Source of the DNA: Flaccisagitta enflata
Lineage: Eukaryota
DNA length: 64,000 bases
Reading direction: 5' to 3'
Assembly (NCBI GenBank): GCA_965153355.1
Contig: OZ231126.1
Span: 25,048,001 to 25,112,000, forward strand
Below the pieces are notes generated by a model. That model saw nothing but the letters and a program-made list of their open reading frames with translations. It was not told the DNA's origin and searched no databases. Position numbers and translations under genes: made by a program. Of this stretch, positions 1-12,729 are shown piece by piece (the stretch's first letter is position 1; each line of letters starts with the position of its first letter).

Positions 1-151
1 AATCCGATAATTTTCGATTTGTACTCAAATCTTCATCAGTTCTCTTCCTCTTTCTCTTCCTCTGCCCTTATCTCTCTTCCACTTTATCTTTATATCTTTT
101 TTCTCATTCCGACTGATGAAGATTTGAGTACAAATCGAAAATTATCGTATT
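1..151. repeat. 40-bp inverted repeat (1-40 / 112-151) with a pyrimidine-rich spacer; probable inverted terminus of a Penelope-like element, cut by the window edge
   Basis: AATCCGATAATTTTCGATTTGTACTCAAATCTTCATCAGT is the reverse complement of 112-151 with one mismatch. Confidence 0.75.
108..149 (+). ncRNA. Minimal type I hammerhead ribozyme motif (Penelope-like element type)
   Basis: TCCGA(108-112)-CTGATGA(113-119)-extra A-stem II GATTTG/agta/CAAATC(121-136)-GAAA(137-140)-AT-TA^(144)-TCGTA. Stem I pairs 4 of 5, and the inverted copy at 1-40 keeps the perfect TCGGA arm. Helix III is reduced to the palindrome AATT. Confidence 0.7.
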
Positions 152-478
152 TCAATTTTCACCATCGTTGATATTTGCGTCCAAATACATTCACTATGAT
201 CCTAGCGTTGTCTCAAATAAGAAGTATCAAATTATTGTCCACTTCAGACCAATCTGTTATGTGGAGCTCAAACAGTTTGATGTGGATGAGACAGATGAAA
301 CGTCTTAATAAAAGAAAGAAAACAATCAATTGAGCTGAGGTCCAGCGGATATTACTTTTTGTAGTTAAAATTGATGTCGTAATCAAACTATTCAACTCAA
401 ACCAATGAAACTTTCAAACAAAAATGTAAATAAAGAAAAGTATAGAGACGTGATTCTCTTGCCCCTAAAAACATTCAT

Positions 479-484
479 TTTATT
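479..484 (-). terminator. Candidate polyadenylation signal of the discoidin-like gene
   Basis: AATAAA on the minus strand about 50 nt past the TAA stop at 535-537. Confidence 0.55.
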
Positions 485-534
485 CAAAGCCCTTGCCTCA
501 TATTTTCAACTTTAAAAACATTATTATCATGCCT

Positions 535-998
535 TTACCCGTACATTTTGACGTCCACAAACGATACACACCCACAACCAACACCACAACCTCCTCGTCT
601 TTGTACCGTCTTGATTCCGTAGCACTGGTAGGATCCTTGACGATCGCAGGGAATGTTGATGGTCTTGGTTTGTGCAGGGGCACTGAATCCAAGATCATCC
701 CAATATCCGAGGTAGTTCCATGCTATGCAATCATCAGACGCAACAACCGTGATCGATTTGGGTGATTGCTCCCCCCAGAGCGAACTTTGTCTAGACGTGA
801 TGGATATCCTCGAGACAACCTTTTTGTCGTTGAATCTGTACCAAACCGTTGCCGGGACCTGGTTTTGAGCGCTCGCGTATGGTAAGTTGTTGGTTTGCGG
901 TTTGAAAGCGTTTGCGGCACCATGACTTGAATGCCAAATGCTATCAGCATCAGAATGTCCTTCATATTCAATGAGGCTTGGATTCGTGTCGCATGAAG
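535..998 (-). CDS. Exon 3 (last) of secreted coiled-coil + F5/8 type C (discoidin / galactose-binding-like) protein
   Basis: Acceptor ...ttttgaccAG, phase 1, 464 nt open to TAA. Translation: SCDTNPSLIEYEGHSDADSIWHSSHGAANAFKPQTNNLPYASAQNQVPATVWYRFNDKKVVSRISITSRQSSLWGEQSPKSITVVASDDCIAWNYLGYWDDLGFSAPAQTKTINIPCDRQGSYQCYGIKTVQRRGGCGVGCGCVSFVDVKMYG*. The pattern A.NAF / P.TVWYRF / SPK...V.ASDD...W / Y..Y.I / ..DVKMYG resembles F5/8C domains. Confidence 0.85.
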
Positions 999-1393
999 CT
1001 GGTCAAAACATGAGAGAGACAGGGTAAGAGTGCTATCATCTTGGTTATCTGCGCGATTTTAGTGCTCACCATATTTCATGTAGGAGGTATATTAGTCGAA
1101 TAGTCGTATGAAATGTTGAAATTCGAGGTTATAGAAATTCAGACTAAAATTGTCTGTGAGTCACAATGCAAATGAAGATGAAATTTGATGTTCAGTCCTT
1201 ATGAACAATTTCAGACAATCATTTTTATCAATATCAAAACCTGTATTTTGTTTTTCACGCTTCTGATTATTTTAGATGTATTTCAAAAAGATTAACCGAC
1301 AGAAATTACTAATTGTTTATGGTTAAAGACAAACATTACTCAACAAAACATGAATATTTCTCACCAAAAAGATAACAAAATTTCAAACAGCTG

Positions 1394-1538
1394 TTGGGTG
1401 AAATTATATCATTACTTGTGGATATAAAATTTTGCATTTTCAAAAACATGGCCCTGTTCTAAAAAGTATTTAGAAAAATGCCATATTTTTGAAAATGCAA
1501 ATTTTTAAATCTCTATGCATAGATAAAATTTCACCCAA
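1394..1538. mobile_element. Degraded foldback/MITE core in intron 2
   Basis: GGGTGAAATT...AAAATTTTGCATTTTCAAAAACATGGC is mirrored by GCCATATTTTTGAAAATGCAAATTTTT...AATTTCACCC. Confidence 0.5.
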
Positions 1539-1798
1539 GGCATGTCAGATTGGAGAAAGAAATTTTCTTTAAAAAACCAATGTTTTTCTAACATCCATCC
1601 CTATAATTCATAGTTGATATGGACTTTAAATTAATTTCAACTATATTCAACTGTATACAACAATATTTTAACTGTAAACTAATAATTATTTCTGATTAGT
1701 AAAAAAATGCAAATACACAATATTAACAATATTAAAAACAATGAGTTGACTCATGTAATTTCATCTTCGTATGCACTGTGACGTAACCTTAGCAAAAA

Positions 1799-1983
1799 GA
1801 ACAAGGCCGGATACACGGCCACCATCGGGTGGGCAGGGGCGGAAATGCGCGTTTTCCTACTTTTCAACTCGATCACCTCTACGGACCGACCGACCAACTG
1901 ACCAACTGACTGACCGACCGACCAACCGACCAACCAACGGACGGACAAAGCCTCATATAGAGTTGCGTGTCCGCAACTAAAAA
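1799..1983 (-). mobile_element. HINE/DINE-1-like non-autonomous Helentron, family A (degraded second copy at 2095-2245)
   Basis: AACAAGGCCGGATACACGGC end, (GACC/GACG)n microsatellite, terminal hairpin AGTTGCGTGTCCGCAACT followed by an A-run. Confidence 0.75.
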
Positions 1984-2430
1984 GAATTAGGCTTAACCTA
2001 TAGAAAACCCATAACCTTTTGGAAGCTCTGTGATCTGTCAAATTCGACATTGCTGGTCATTCCAGCTCCCTTTAGAAATGGCATATATTGACTAATGAGG
2101 CCGTTTACACTCCCCCTCACTCACGGACAGATAGGCAGGGGCGGAAATCGTCAAACAACACAAATGCGACAGATGGACCGACGGAGCGACCAACCAATCG
2201 ACCGACCATCAACATGGCAAGTTCTAGCGTGTCCGCGACTAAAAACATTGCCATATTCTGTTTTGCGTCTTCTACTATGAATTCTGAGGCGGGAATACAT
2301 GGAGAGGTGTTTACAATAACCAACTATCACAAAAAAGATAACACATTTTGATAAGTCTGTATTCTATGTATTAGTATCCTGGAAACATTTGTCCTCCAAT
2401 AATGCTTGCCCCCCACGGAGTCTACTGTAC

Positions 2431-2604
2431 CTTTTTTCAATTCTTCAAGCTTTTTATCCAATTGTTTGAATTTGTCATCCATGTTTTCATTCACTTGTTT
2501 CAACTTTTCATCCATCTTTTCGAACTTGTCTTTCGTGCTTGTTGCCATTTTTCCAAGTTGCTCAGATATTTGGTCGATAATGACACCGTCGTTTACTCGC
2601 CCGG
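2431..2604 (-). CDS. Exon 2 of discoidin-like gene: coiled-coil stalk
   Basis: ttcctttAG acceptor, G|GTACAG donor, 174 nt, phase 1-1. GRVNDGVIIDQISEQLGKMATSTKDKFEKMDEKLKQVNENMDDKFKQLDKKLEELKK shows periodic hydrophobic residues. Confidence 0.8.
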
Positions 2605-2721
2605 CTAAAGGAAAGATTTTAAAGAACTTGATACACGTGACCAAAGCTTAACAATTCACGGTCTTAAGTTATTCAAGAACCTTTCTTTTCAAACATTTTG
2701 CTTGCTCGTTTTCTGACTTAC

Positions 2722-2800
2722 CATAACTGGAGGTCGATGCCAAAACTATGACGATGAAACAGATTACAACCGTAGAAGACATTTTGCTCTCGCTCACCAT
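2722..2800 (-). CDS. Exon 1 of discoidin-like gene: signal peptide
   Basis: ATG at 2800 (alternative at 2782), MVSESKMSSTVVICFIVIVLASTSSY, G|GTAAGT donor in phase 1 matching exon 2. Confidence 0.85.
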
Positions 2801-2870
2801 GTCGCGTAGAAACTTTTAGTGTTAGTAGAAATATTTTCAGGCTACTGTAGACCAACTCAAGTGAAAGACA

Positions 2871-2916
2871 GAATGAGCTCCCGATGCTGAAGAATGTTTT
2901 TATCAGGATTTATATA
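2871..2916 (-). promoter_or_regulatory. Candidate core promoter of discoidin-like gene
   Basis: TATATAAA (2916-2909) and an Inr-like TCATTC (2876-2871) upstream of the ATG. Confidence 0.45.
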
Positions 2917-4698
2917 ATGTAAACAATTTAGTTCCTGGTGAAAGAAACTTCAAGTGTCACAGCGACTTTTATATACGATCTCTTCCCACACACTCAACAG
3001 ATCCGCGAAAATCCGGCCACAAATTTGATATCCATAAATTTAGAGCTTACAGAGAAGAATTAGTCATAGTCAGTTCCTCACAACTATCCTTTACTATTGA
3101 CAAACAAAATGCTCGTCTTACAAAATCATCAGCCTGACTGTGTACCTAATTAGTAAAGGGTCGGACAGGCCTATATATAGTATACACAAAATATCTTACA
3201 AAAGTTACAATCAATGATTACAAATGCACCTGTATCTGTAATAGAACAAGCCCAATAGGGCAACGATGCGTCCTCTTGTGAGGTCTGAGTAGAGAGAATT
3301 TAGGGGTTCTGACTGGACATACAGATTGACTTTTGATATCTATAATGAGCTACTTTTCAATTGTGGCAACAAGTGAGATCAACGGATCTTCTTGGTAAAG
3401 CTAGGGACAATCGCTTTGATGAGTTTTGCATACTGCAGTGCTTATCGTAAACTTTTATCATCATGCTTTCAAGGACATAATATGAACAAATATTTTTAAT
3501 ACAATTAAGGTAAAGTCAACCAGATTCAAATGATGAATTCACTTAATGACGGTACCACACTTTAGCAACCGGGTTTGTTTTGATCCTGGGCCAGGAAAAC
3601 AATTATCATTCGACTGAGATGTTCATAGTTTTTGATAGATAAACCTTACGACGCAGAGCAGAATCCGACCGTCAGAGTTCAGTCATCTGAATTTATGGCC
3701 CCTTACGAATCTTTTTTGTTACCGTGTAATGGATTGGCCCATCGAATTACACATAGTATACCTACTAACACTTATAATAGCCCTAAAAAACATTATTGAG
3801 CCGTGGCAATGGCGCTAGGCAGGTTTAAACTGTTTAGAAATTGAGGAATTCGTTCGGAAACTGAGTGCCACGGCCTAATTGTGCCATTGGTCAAACCACA
3901 TGGTACATCAATGCCAATAATGCTGACACCCAAATGATCAGACCTAGACCCAATTATAGTATAAATTATAGTATAATTTGTGCCACAGAAAAGGTTTGAA
4001 AGCTCTTGGACACATACTGTCCTGGCCTCAGTGAATTCCGTAAAGCAGAGGTCAAGATGACAATGAATTTTCAAGTATTTGTGAAATTTGAGTATTACAA
4101 TATAAAATGGCTATAAAATCATAAGGGATCGGGCGTTTTTGATAGGTTTTAGTGTTGTTACATGTTAAACAGCATTATTCGTCAGTTTGTGCCTAGTAAG
4201 ACTCATCTAACTAGGTTTACAGGATTTTTAAGAAGATTTTTGATTGATTTTTCCAATTTCAAAAATATTATTTTCAATTTTGAGAATTTCAAATCTTAAA
4301 TGAAAATAAATTTTTTGCATTTTTGAAAACATACCGGCCTCTGTATTACAAATGGCTAGCCCGGTATGTTTTTATTTTTTTGAAATTGTCATTTTCTATG
4401 CAAATTTGAAATTCTCAGTGAATTAGTTATATCACAGTTCTATCTAATTTTCATCTGAAAAGGACTAGGTTGACAAGACGAGGTAATGATCATTTAAACA
4501 ACATACTGATGGCACGGTTGGTAAGCAAAAAAGGGCTGGATATATGGCTCATCAAGTCGCAGGCTAATGGGCAGGGGCAGTGACATAAAAGGCCGCTCAA
4601 GCAATTGGGCAGGGGCAATGATGTAAACACCGCCAAAAGGCGTTAAACTAGACCAGATACATGACCACCCCCATCTCTACGTGTCTTTCTGTCAGTCG

Positions 4699-4804
<106 letters not shown>

Positions 4805-4913
4805 CTTTCTATTTTCTTTCATTCATTCTCTCATTCATTCCTTTTTAATGGTGGATTTGCGAGGCTCCATTTCCCCCCCGTCCCCATTTTAGTTGGTCCC
4901 TCCCATAAATGAT

Positions 4914-4965
<52 letters not shown>

Positions 4966-5940
4966 TTTCTTTCTTTCTTTCTTTCTTTCCTTTTGTTTCT
5001 CTCTTTTTGCTATTTGTGACTCACCAAGAGGGTGTGTCCTTGAGAAGTAGCTCCGTCCGAAAATTTGGATGACGCTTAATTGGTAAGAAAATGGCTTTTC
5101 CGAGCATTACTGCCCCTGCTCAGCTTACGACTACTTACAACTACTTATTGGTCGCGTATTTATGTGACGTTGTTGTTTTTTTTATTGATCTTAAAAATTC
5201 CAATGAATTAAAAAATTCAGCTGATTTTCTAAGCGTTTTACTCCTAGTGAGAGGGTTTGTCTTTTGCTCCTCCTGACTGATATTTCAGGGCTAATGGATG
5301 AACTATCATAGTTATGACTTGTCAACGTTAAGGACAATGAGATCTACACTTGATCAAATGAATGAGTGAAATGACATGAATGAATTTTACATGAGTGGAT
5401 AAACCGTCTAAATAAGTCAATGCATGATTGTAAATATGAATGAACAAATGAATGAATGAATGAATGAATGAATGAATGAATGAATGAATGAATGAATGAA
5501 TGAATGGATGATTGAAAGAGTGAATTAAATGATGGCAAATACAAAAGAACCTGTAATCATGTAATATCTTTCATAGCTATAGAAAATTATGACATGATGA
5601 GAGATATGATTGAAGTATCGGTTCATAGATGAATCAGTAACATAATAAATGAATGAACAAAAAGAATGAACAAATAAAATAATTAATGAATAAATGAATG
5701 AAAAAAAAAACAAGTTATACAAAACATATTTAATTGTTATGGGGCAAAAAAAGAAATATCAACACTTTTCTTAAGTTTGGAAAAAAAAATCTTGAAAATT
5801 TGAATTTATGAATGATTTTGTGAATGATTTTATGAATGATTAATAAATGAATTTATGGAAAATAGACAAATAGTGTTTTAACACCATACTACATCCATAG
5901 AGTTTCAAAAATTTATGAAATAGTGAAAAACTATAGATGA

Positions 5941-7130
5941 TTTTTAGTCATGTGCATGCGACTCTACAATCCGCTTTGTCCATTCCCGGTCAGTTGGTCA
6001 GTGAATTGGTTGGTTAGTCACACTTTGCTTTTTTATTAATTTTATTTCTTTAAGCATTTTTTAGTCATTCTAAGTCATTCTAAGTCATTCTAAGTCATTC
6101 TAAGTCATTCTAAATTATTCTAAGTCATATTTTAAGTCATTATTGTCATTTTAGTCAATATAGTCCTTTTCATCATTTTAAGTCATTCTAAGTCATTTTA
6201 AGTTATTTTAAGTCATTTCAAGTGATTTTAAGTCATTTCAAGTGATTTTAAGGCATTTTAAGTCATTCAAAGTCATTTTAAGTCATTATTGTCATTTTAG
6301 TCAATATAATCCTTTTCATAATTTTAAGTCATTTTAAGTCATTTGAAGTCATTTTATGTCATTATAAGTCATTATACATCATTTTAAGTCATTTTAAGTC
6401 ATTTTAAGTCATTCTAAGTCATTCTCAGTCATTTCAGTCATTTCAGTCAATATAGTCATTTCACTTTTTATTTGCATAATTATAGGTAATTATAGGTCCT
6501 TATGCAATTTTGGGTAATCATAGGTTATTAAAGGTTACTATGTAATTATAGGTCATTAGGTAATTATAGGTAATTATAGGTCATTATAGGTAATTATAGG
6601 TTATTATGCAATTATAGGTCATTATTGGTAATCATAGGTCAGTATGTAATCATAGGTAATTATAGGTAATTATAGGTGATTATAGGTAATTATAGGTAAT
6701 TACAGGTAATTATAGGTCATTATATAATTATAGGTCATTATAGGTCATTTAAAGGTCATTATAGGTCATTATTGGTAATTATAGGTCATTGTGTAATTAT
6801 AGATAATTATAGGTGAATAAAGGTAGTTATAGATCATTATAGGTAATTATAGGTCATTATGTAATTTTAGGTAACTATAGGTCATCATTTAGATAATTAT
6901 AGGTAATCATAGGTCATTATGAAATTATGGGTAATCATAGGTAATTAAAGGTCATAAAAGGTAATTATAGGTCATTATGTAATAATAGGTAATTATAGGT
7001 AATCATAGGTCATTATAGGTAATCATATGTAAATAGACAAGTATAGGTAATTATAGGTCAATATTCAAAATTAGGTAATTATAGCTAATCATAGGTAATT
7101 ATAGGTCATTATGCAATTACAGTTAATTGT
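5941..7130 (+). mobile_element. Family A HINE-like element with ~1-kb internal 10-mer satellite; 3' end not found
   Basis: TTTTTAGTCATGTGCATGCGACTCTACA start, GGTY repeats, then (AAGTCATTYT)n followed by (TATAGGTMAT)n. Confidence 0.7.
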
Positions 7131-7395
7131 TGCAACCACCGTTCAGTGCACGTATTGCTCATATGGAACATATATGAAAACGTACACCGATAGGACAGGG
7201 GTTCTGACACAAATTTTGGCAAATCCTTCTTGATAACAACACTTTGGCTCAAAATCAATGTAGTAGTAATGTTCTGCCTTCAAAAGTCGCATTGGGTATC
7301 AGGAAATTTAGCCACTAACCCCTCAAGTAGTGACCTCTAAAGATTAAACAATTTGCTAGCTAATAAATTACAAATGGATCATTCAAAAAATACAA

Positions 7396-7627
7396 GTGAT
7401 GGTCTCATTTTGAAAGGTATTACGTAGAAGAACATGAGAGATTACTGATATGAAAGGGTCCCAAGAGGGGGCCCTTAAGGGGCCCCTAAAGTGATTGAAG
7501 GGCCCCCAAAGCATCCAATTTTTAAACAAATCATAGCACATTTTCATGTATTGGATGCTCTGGGGGCCCCTTCAATCAGTAATCTTTCATGTTCTTCACG
7601 TGAATACCTTTCAAATGAGACCATCAC
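7396..7627. mobile_element. Foldback MITE-like element
   Basis: GTGATGGTCTCATTTTGAAAGGTATT...GATTACTGAT is inverted at 7576-7627; inner IR GATTGAAGGGCCCCCAAAGCATCCAAT / ATTGGATGCTCTGGGGGCCCCTTCAATC. Confidence 0.65.
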
Positions 7628-8179
7628 CAGGCTGAAATGATGTTAATTTATTAATATACCAATGCTAGAATCCTGCTGCTAGAAGGTGTCTATTCCTGAT
7701 ATGTCTTTAAATAACGAACATAGGCGAGAAACGTAGAGGAAAAGGTAAGGGTTAGGAGGGAAGGACGAAGGGGGGGGGGGGAGAACTAAGGAACATATGG
7801 AACATATATGAGAAACGTACGCAGTTGCAGGGTTTAGAGTGATAGGCGATGGAGAGAGGGAGAAATTGGGAACATGTGAGAGGAACTACGCATAATGTAA
7901 TATGGTGGGCAGGAGGGAGGGAAAGAAGGGAATGCAGCGGAATAAATAGAGAAGAGTAAGAGGAAACATTGAAACGATGCAACTGATAAAAAGTTGTGGA
8001 GGTCACATTTGAGACTCTTTGAAAGAAAATAAATGCGGCCTACTATGAATTGGAAAACAGAAAAACAGATATGATGTAGGAAACGATAAAAGATTAGTGT
8101 AGGTCCGTGCCTGATTGTCCATGGGTCTGCTGGAGCTGATCCCCAAGTCGATATAATATGGGTCTGCTAGGGTTCTGCT

Positions 8180-8458
8180 CAGGGGCGTATGGGAGCCAAA
8201 GTTTTAGGGGTAGCCACCCCCAGTTTGTGTCCCAACAAATTTTATGACCTGATGAAAATTTTGCCTAATTTTTATGTGTCTTTTAAAAAAAATATTAATT
8301 GATATATATTTGAATTAAAACAATGAAAAAACCATTGCCCTTTCTTTCTTTTTCTCTCTTTCTCTTTTTCTCTCTCTTTCTTTCTCTTTCCTCTTTCTTT
8401 TTATATTTTGTGTAATAAACAGGATATCATAGCTACTGACATTATCTAATATGCCCTA
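8180..8458. mobile_element. Degraded hAT-like MITE
   Basis: Starts CAGGGGCGTA, ends TATGCCCTA; flanks GTTCTGCT / GTTCTGTG resemble a decayed 8-bp TSD. Confidence 0.35.
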
Positions 8459-8572
8459 GTTCTGTGGCCATGATCCCCTCAATAACGTTCCATAGCAGAT
8501 GGGTCTGCCAGGCTGTGGGTCTGCCAAAACACGAAAACCAAGAAACGAAGAGGAAACACGACTAGGATGGCC

Positions 8573-9289
8573 TTTTTGGGCAGCAGCCCCAAAGGGCCGA
8601 TGTCCTGTAGGACACAGGGTAGATTTAAACCATCGCTCAACTTCGCCTGTGTAGAGGAATTTTCCTATTCAACTTTTTTAGGTGGCCAGTCCGAAGGTAG
8701 TTAAAGTGGTGTCATTTCCAAATCTGATGACGCCCGCGGAGAAAATGAGACCATTTCCATCATCGGTCTGTCTGTCCATCCGTCTGTCCGTCTGTCCTTC
8801 CGTCCATATGTACGTCCCTCCCCAAGTTTCTCAATTCTCAAATTACCATTGAATAACATGGGAAAATGACAAAATGCAAACATCCCATTGAATAACATGG
8901 AAAATTTACAAAAAAATAGAAAAATATAAATTTCCTATCAAATAACATGGAAAATTGACAAAAAAAAATAAATAAAAGAAATAAAAGCAAGATTCCTATT
9001 GAATAACATGGAATATTGATAAGAAAAATTAAAAAAAAGATGAAATTCTCATTGAATAAGCATGGATTATGGATAAAAGATACTAAAAACTCATTGAATT
9101 TCATAGAAAATTGTCAAAAAGGCCTGAAATTTGCCTTCTCAGGAATCTCAGGACGTAGGAGAATTCACCCTGTATCTAGGACATCGGTCCTTGGGGGCCG
9201 CTGCCCTGCTCTCACTCCACTTCCTCAGCTATCATTCCAAGCAGGGCATCGGGTACCGATGACCATGTGCGATCCTTGGATGACTTGTT
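8573..9289 (+). mobile_element. HINE-like element, family B, with AT-rich internal repeats
   Basis: TTTTTGGGCAGCAGCCCC..GTCCTGTAGGACACAGGGT is inverted at ~9165-9206; internal ATTGAATAACATGGAAAA repeats; family tail GCAGGGCATCGGGTACCG.TGACCA. Confidence 0.75.
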
Positions 9290-10709
9290 GCTTAATAGTT
9301 GCATACATTGAACAGGATCAATGACGCGAAAACTCAGAAAGGCGGAGTAAAGGATGAAAGGATGGTAAGAGACAAACCCAATGCTTGTCACACATTAGAT
9401 GCCTCGCTGCTTTAGAAAGAAGCAAAAATGTGAAGAAATGATGCGTGGATGAATGGCAGGAACGGAGGGGAGGGAGAAAGGGGGATAGGAAAAATGTTGT
9501 AACAAGAAAAGGACAAAATGATATGAATTTCAAGTAAGTTGAGTAGAAAGAACAAGAAAAGTAGGCAGAATTAAAAAAAAAAGGAGCCCGCGTGGTTTGA
9601 AGGAGGCAAGGGAAGAGAAGAAGAAAGCAGCGTTGCCTGAATTCGCCGCATCGCCGCTTGAGGGAGCAACAAAGCGGCCATTTTTCAATCGGAATCTCCC
9701 TTCTGTCGGCCACGTAATAAAAACAAGTGAGCAACAGGCGAGAAGAGAATAATTCAAAACTTTTTTTCCCTTTTTTGTCGGCGCATTGGGATGGCTGTGA
9801 TGTAAATGCGAACTATTCTAGTTACTACTAAAAAAGCGAGGGCTAGAGTAAGTTCACGGTAAGTTTTTCTCACTTGAAATATATCAGCCTAACGGTTATG
9901 TGTTAATTTTACCTTAAAACGAGTCCAACAAGCAGTGTCACCGTTTTTCCCCTACAAACTGACTAGTAGGGCCGCAAATGTCAAAAGAAACCAATTTGGA
10001 CAGTCCGGCCGACCAAGAAGCGTCTATGATTGATAACGCACCCTAGCGTTACGTTGCGTTAGCGCCTTAAACCAGACTTAAGAGCAAATGCAGCATGGTC
10101 ATGCGTAACTTCCCAATTCATTAATCACTTTTCATTCTCCTCCTCCTTCTAGCCTCCTCCTCTAGATACACCATGAATGTTTACTGCTGCTCTTTTCCCC
10201 CTTTCCTCCTCAAGTTGAGGGCCTCAAAATACCCATTTCCTCATCGATACCTCTTCGTTCTCCTTTTACAAAGCGCTTCCTTCTATTCTCATTCTACTTT
10301 CTAAAGCTCTACTTCCTTTTTCCTAATTTCATTCTTAGATAAGGAAAGATGATGTCAATGGAGGCATTTGCCATCGAAAGGGAGAGGAAGAGGAAGAAGA
10401 GAAGGAGGAAGAGGAGGGTTTGATAGATCGTTAAGGCATGTTCCCTGTATTCTCTATTCTTGGGTGAACAACTAGGACACGATGAGAACACCATGAGAGC
10501 ACCATGAGAGCACCGTGAGAGCACCAAAGGATCTAAAGGCGATCGCTAGAAAAGCATTAGTCATGTGAAGCCGTCAAGAAAGAGAGAGAGAAAGAGGAAG
10601 GAAAAGGAAAGGGAAAAGGAAAAGGGAGGAAAAAGGAAAGAAACGAAACGGTTTTGATTAAAGGCAACAACACGAGACAAACGGTTTCTTATTTTCGAGG
10701 AAGAAGTGG

Positions 10710-11040
10710 TGGAGGGAGGATGAGGAAGGTTGAGAGAAGATGAGGGAGGATGAGGGAGGAGGAGGGTGGTTGAGGGAGGATGAGGGAGGATGAGGAAGGA
10801 TAAGGGAGGATGAGGGAGGATGAGGGTGGTTGAGAGAGGATGAGGGAGAATGAGGGAGGATGAGGGAGGATGAGGGAGGATGAGGGAGGTTGAGGGAGGA
10901 TGAGGAAGGTTGATGGAGGATGAGGAAGGTTGAGAGAGGATGAGGGAGGATGAGGGTGGTTGAGAGAGGATGGGGGAGGATGAGGGGGGGGGGTGAAAGA
11001 GGATGAGGGAGGTTGAGAGAGGATAAGGTTGGTTGAGAGT
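10710..11040. repeat. GA-rich 10-mer minisatellite (TGAGGGAGGA)n
   Basis: Direct inspection. Confidence 0.85.
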
Positions 11041-11419
11041 TCGAGGGCGGATGAAAAAGCGGTAGAAATGGAACAGAAGCGAGATGGTAACAGTGGGAGG
11101 CAGGGAAAGTGAGAAAATGGCCCAAATTGTGATCTGAGTTCGGTGGATTAGGAAAAATGGAGAGACAAATGGTTGCGAGAGTTGAAAAATAAGGGTAAAA
11201 AGAACTGATTATGATTTTGGTTCCACGGATTAAGGGGATATGGAGAGGGACAAACATTTTGGAGGTTGCGAGGGTGTAAACGTAGAATAGGAGAGAACAA
11301 TTCTCGGAAAGATTGCGAAAACGAGTCATCGCAAAGGTTTGGGTCAAAAACAAAATGGAAAAATGGAAAAAAGTGACATTAGATGCTATAAAGACATCTC
11401 GAACAATGCAAAGATAATC

Positions 11420-11648
11420 AAAGGCGAAGTTTCTGATTATGGGTAGTCAGTGTTGAATAAAAAACAATATGTTTTTCTTTCCGAATTTTCGAACTGATTG
11501 CACACAAGCACAGAACATCATCAGGAAATACATGTTTTTACATATTTCCCGATGATGTTCTGTGCAATCATTTCGGAAATTCCGAAAGATAAACATATTG
11601 TTTTTTCATTCAACACTGACTACCTGTAGTCATAAATTTCTCCTTTAA
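11420..11648. mobile_element. Palindromic MITE
   Basis: GGTAGTCAGTGTTGAAT...GCACAGAACATCATC is mirrored by GATGATGTTCTGTGC...ATTCAACACTGACTACC; about 100-bp arms with almost no spacer. Confidence 0.7.
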
Positions 11649-12444
11649 AGGAATTACATTCATTTACGGAAGAGACAAACTTGATGATAGACAGTTCACA
11701 TTTTATTGAAATTTGTAATCTTAAGTGTAATAAGTCATCATTTACTTTTCTTCAGCCTGATGACTGATTGAATGCTGAACCGATTAAGGAGATCTTAGTA
11801 TGGCATTGTCCATGGATGGCGTGTGAATTGATCTGAGTTGAGTAGGAAAATCCACGAGGAAGAATGAGAGAGGTTTGTCATTTATATTTGAATTGGTTTT
11901 TTAAAACAGCCGATGATGGAAAAGACTTCAACGAGTGCAAAATTGTCACGTGGTTCAGCAGTTAACGTTGGATGGTTCAGCCATCAGGGTGAATGTTAGC
12001 ATTATTAGGAGGTAGAATGAATTCTTGGAGTTTATGAGAAGTGGTGGTGTAAAATTGAACGACAGTATTTGTGAAAAAGGTTGTGGACCTGAGTACTACT
12101 CAGTGAGTAGTCAATGAAGCATCAAAATATGTAATTGGCATTTGACTGATAGAAAATTGCGTTGGACAATCATATAAAATGTAAAATTTTGAAGGCATTG
12201 CAATTGATTGGGAAAATAGTGGTTCTTGACCATTTTCAAGACACTAAATAAAACATGAGATGTTAGGAAAGACTAGAAAAGATATGAATTGGAATTAGGA
12301 AAATAAGAGAAGAAATGGAAAAGAAAGGGAAGACGAAAGAAAATGAAGGAGAGAGGAAATCGAGTCGAATTGAAGGTTAGTAGAGCAAAAAACTGAGGTG
12401 GCGCTGGGGTGAAGGTCATGAGGTTATTGCAGGAGCAAAAACGA

Positions 12445-12517
<73 letters not shown>

Positions 12518-12674
12518 ACAAGACAGAGAGAGACAGAAGACAGAGACAGAGAGACAGACAGACAGACACACAGACACACACAACACACACACACTCTCAG
12601 ACAGAATTAAAGGAGGACAGAGAGAAATACAGAAGATACAGAAAGAGTCTGACAGATAGACAGACAGCAACAGC

Positions 12675-12729
<55 letters not shown>

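Noticed and set aside
723-971. ORF MNMKDILMLIAFGIQ... with a signal-peptide-like start
   Set aside because: It is an alternative frame over the discoidin-like exon; the spliced frame is open for 464 nt and has recognisable motifs.
8724-8750. CTGATGA...GAAA resembling a second hammerhead
   Set aside because: There is no stem II closing pair and no stem I complement; it lies inside a family B element.
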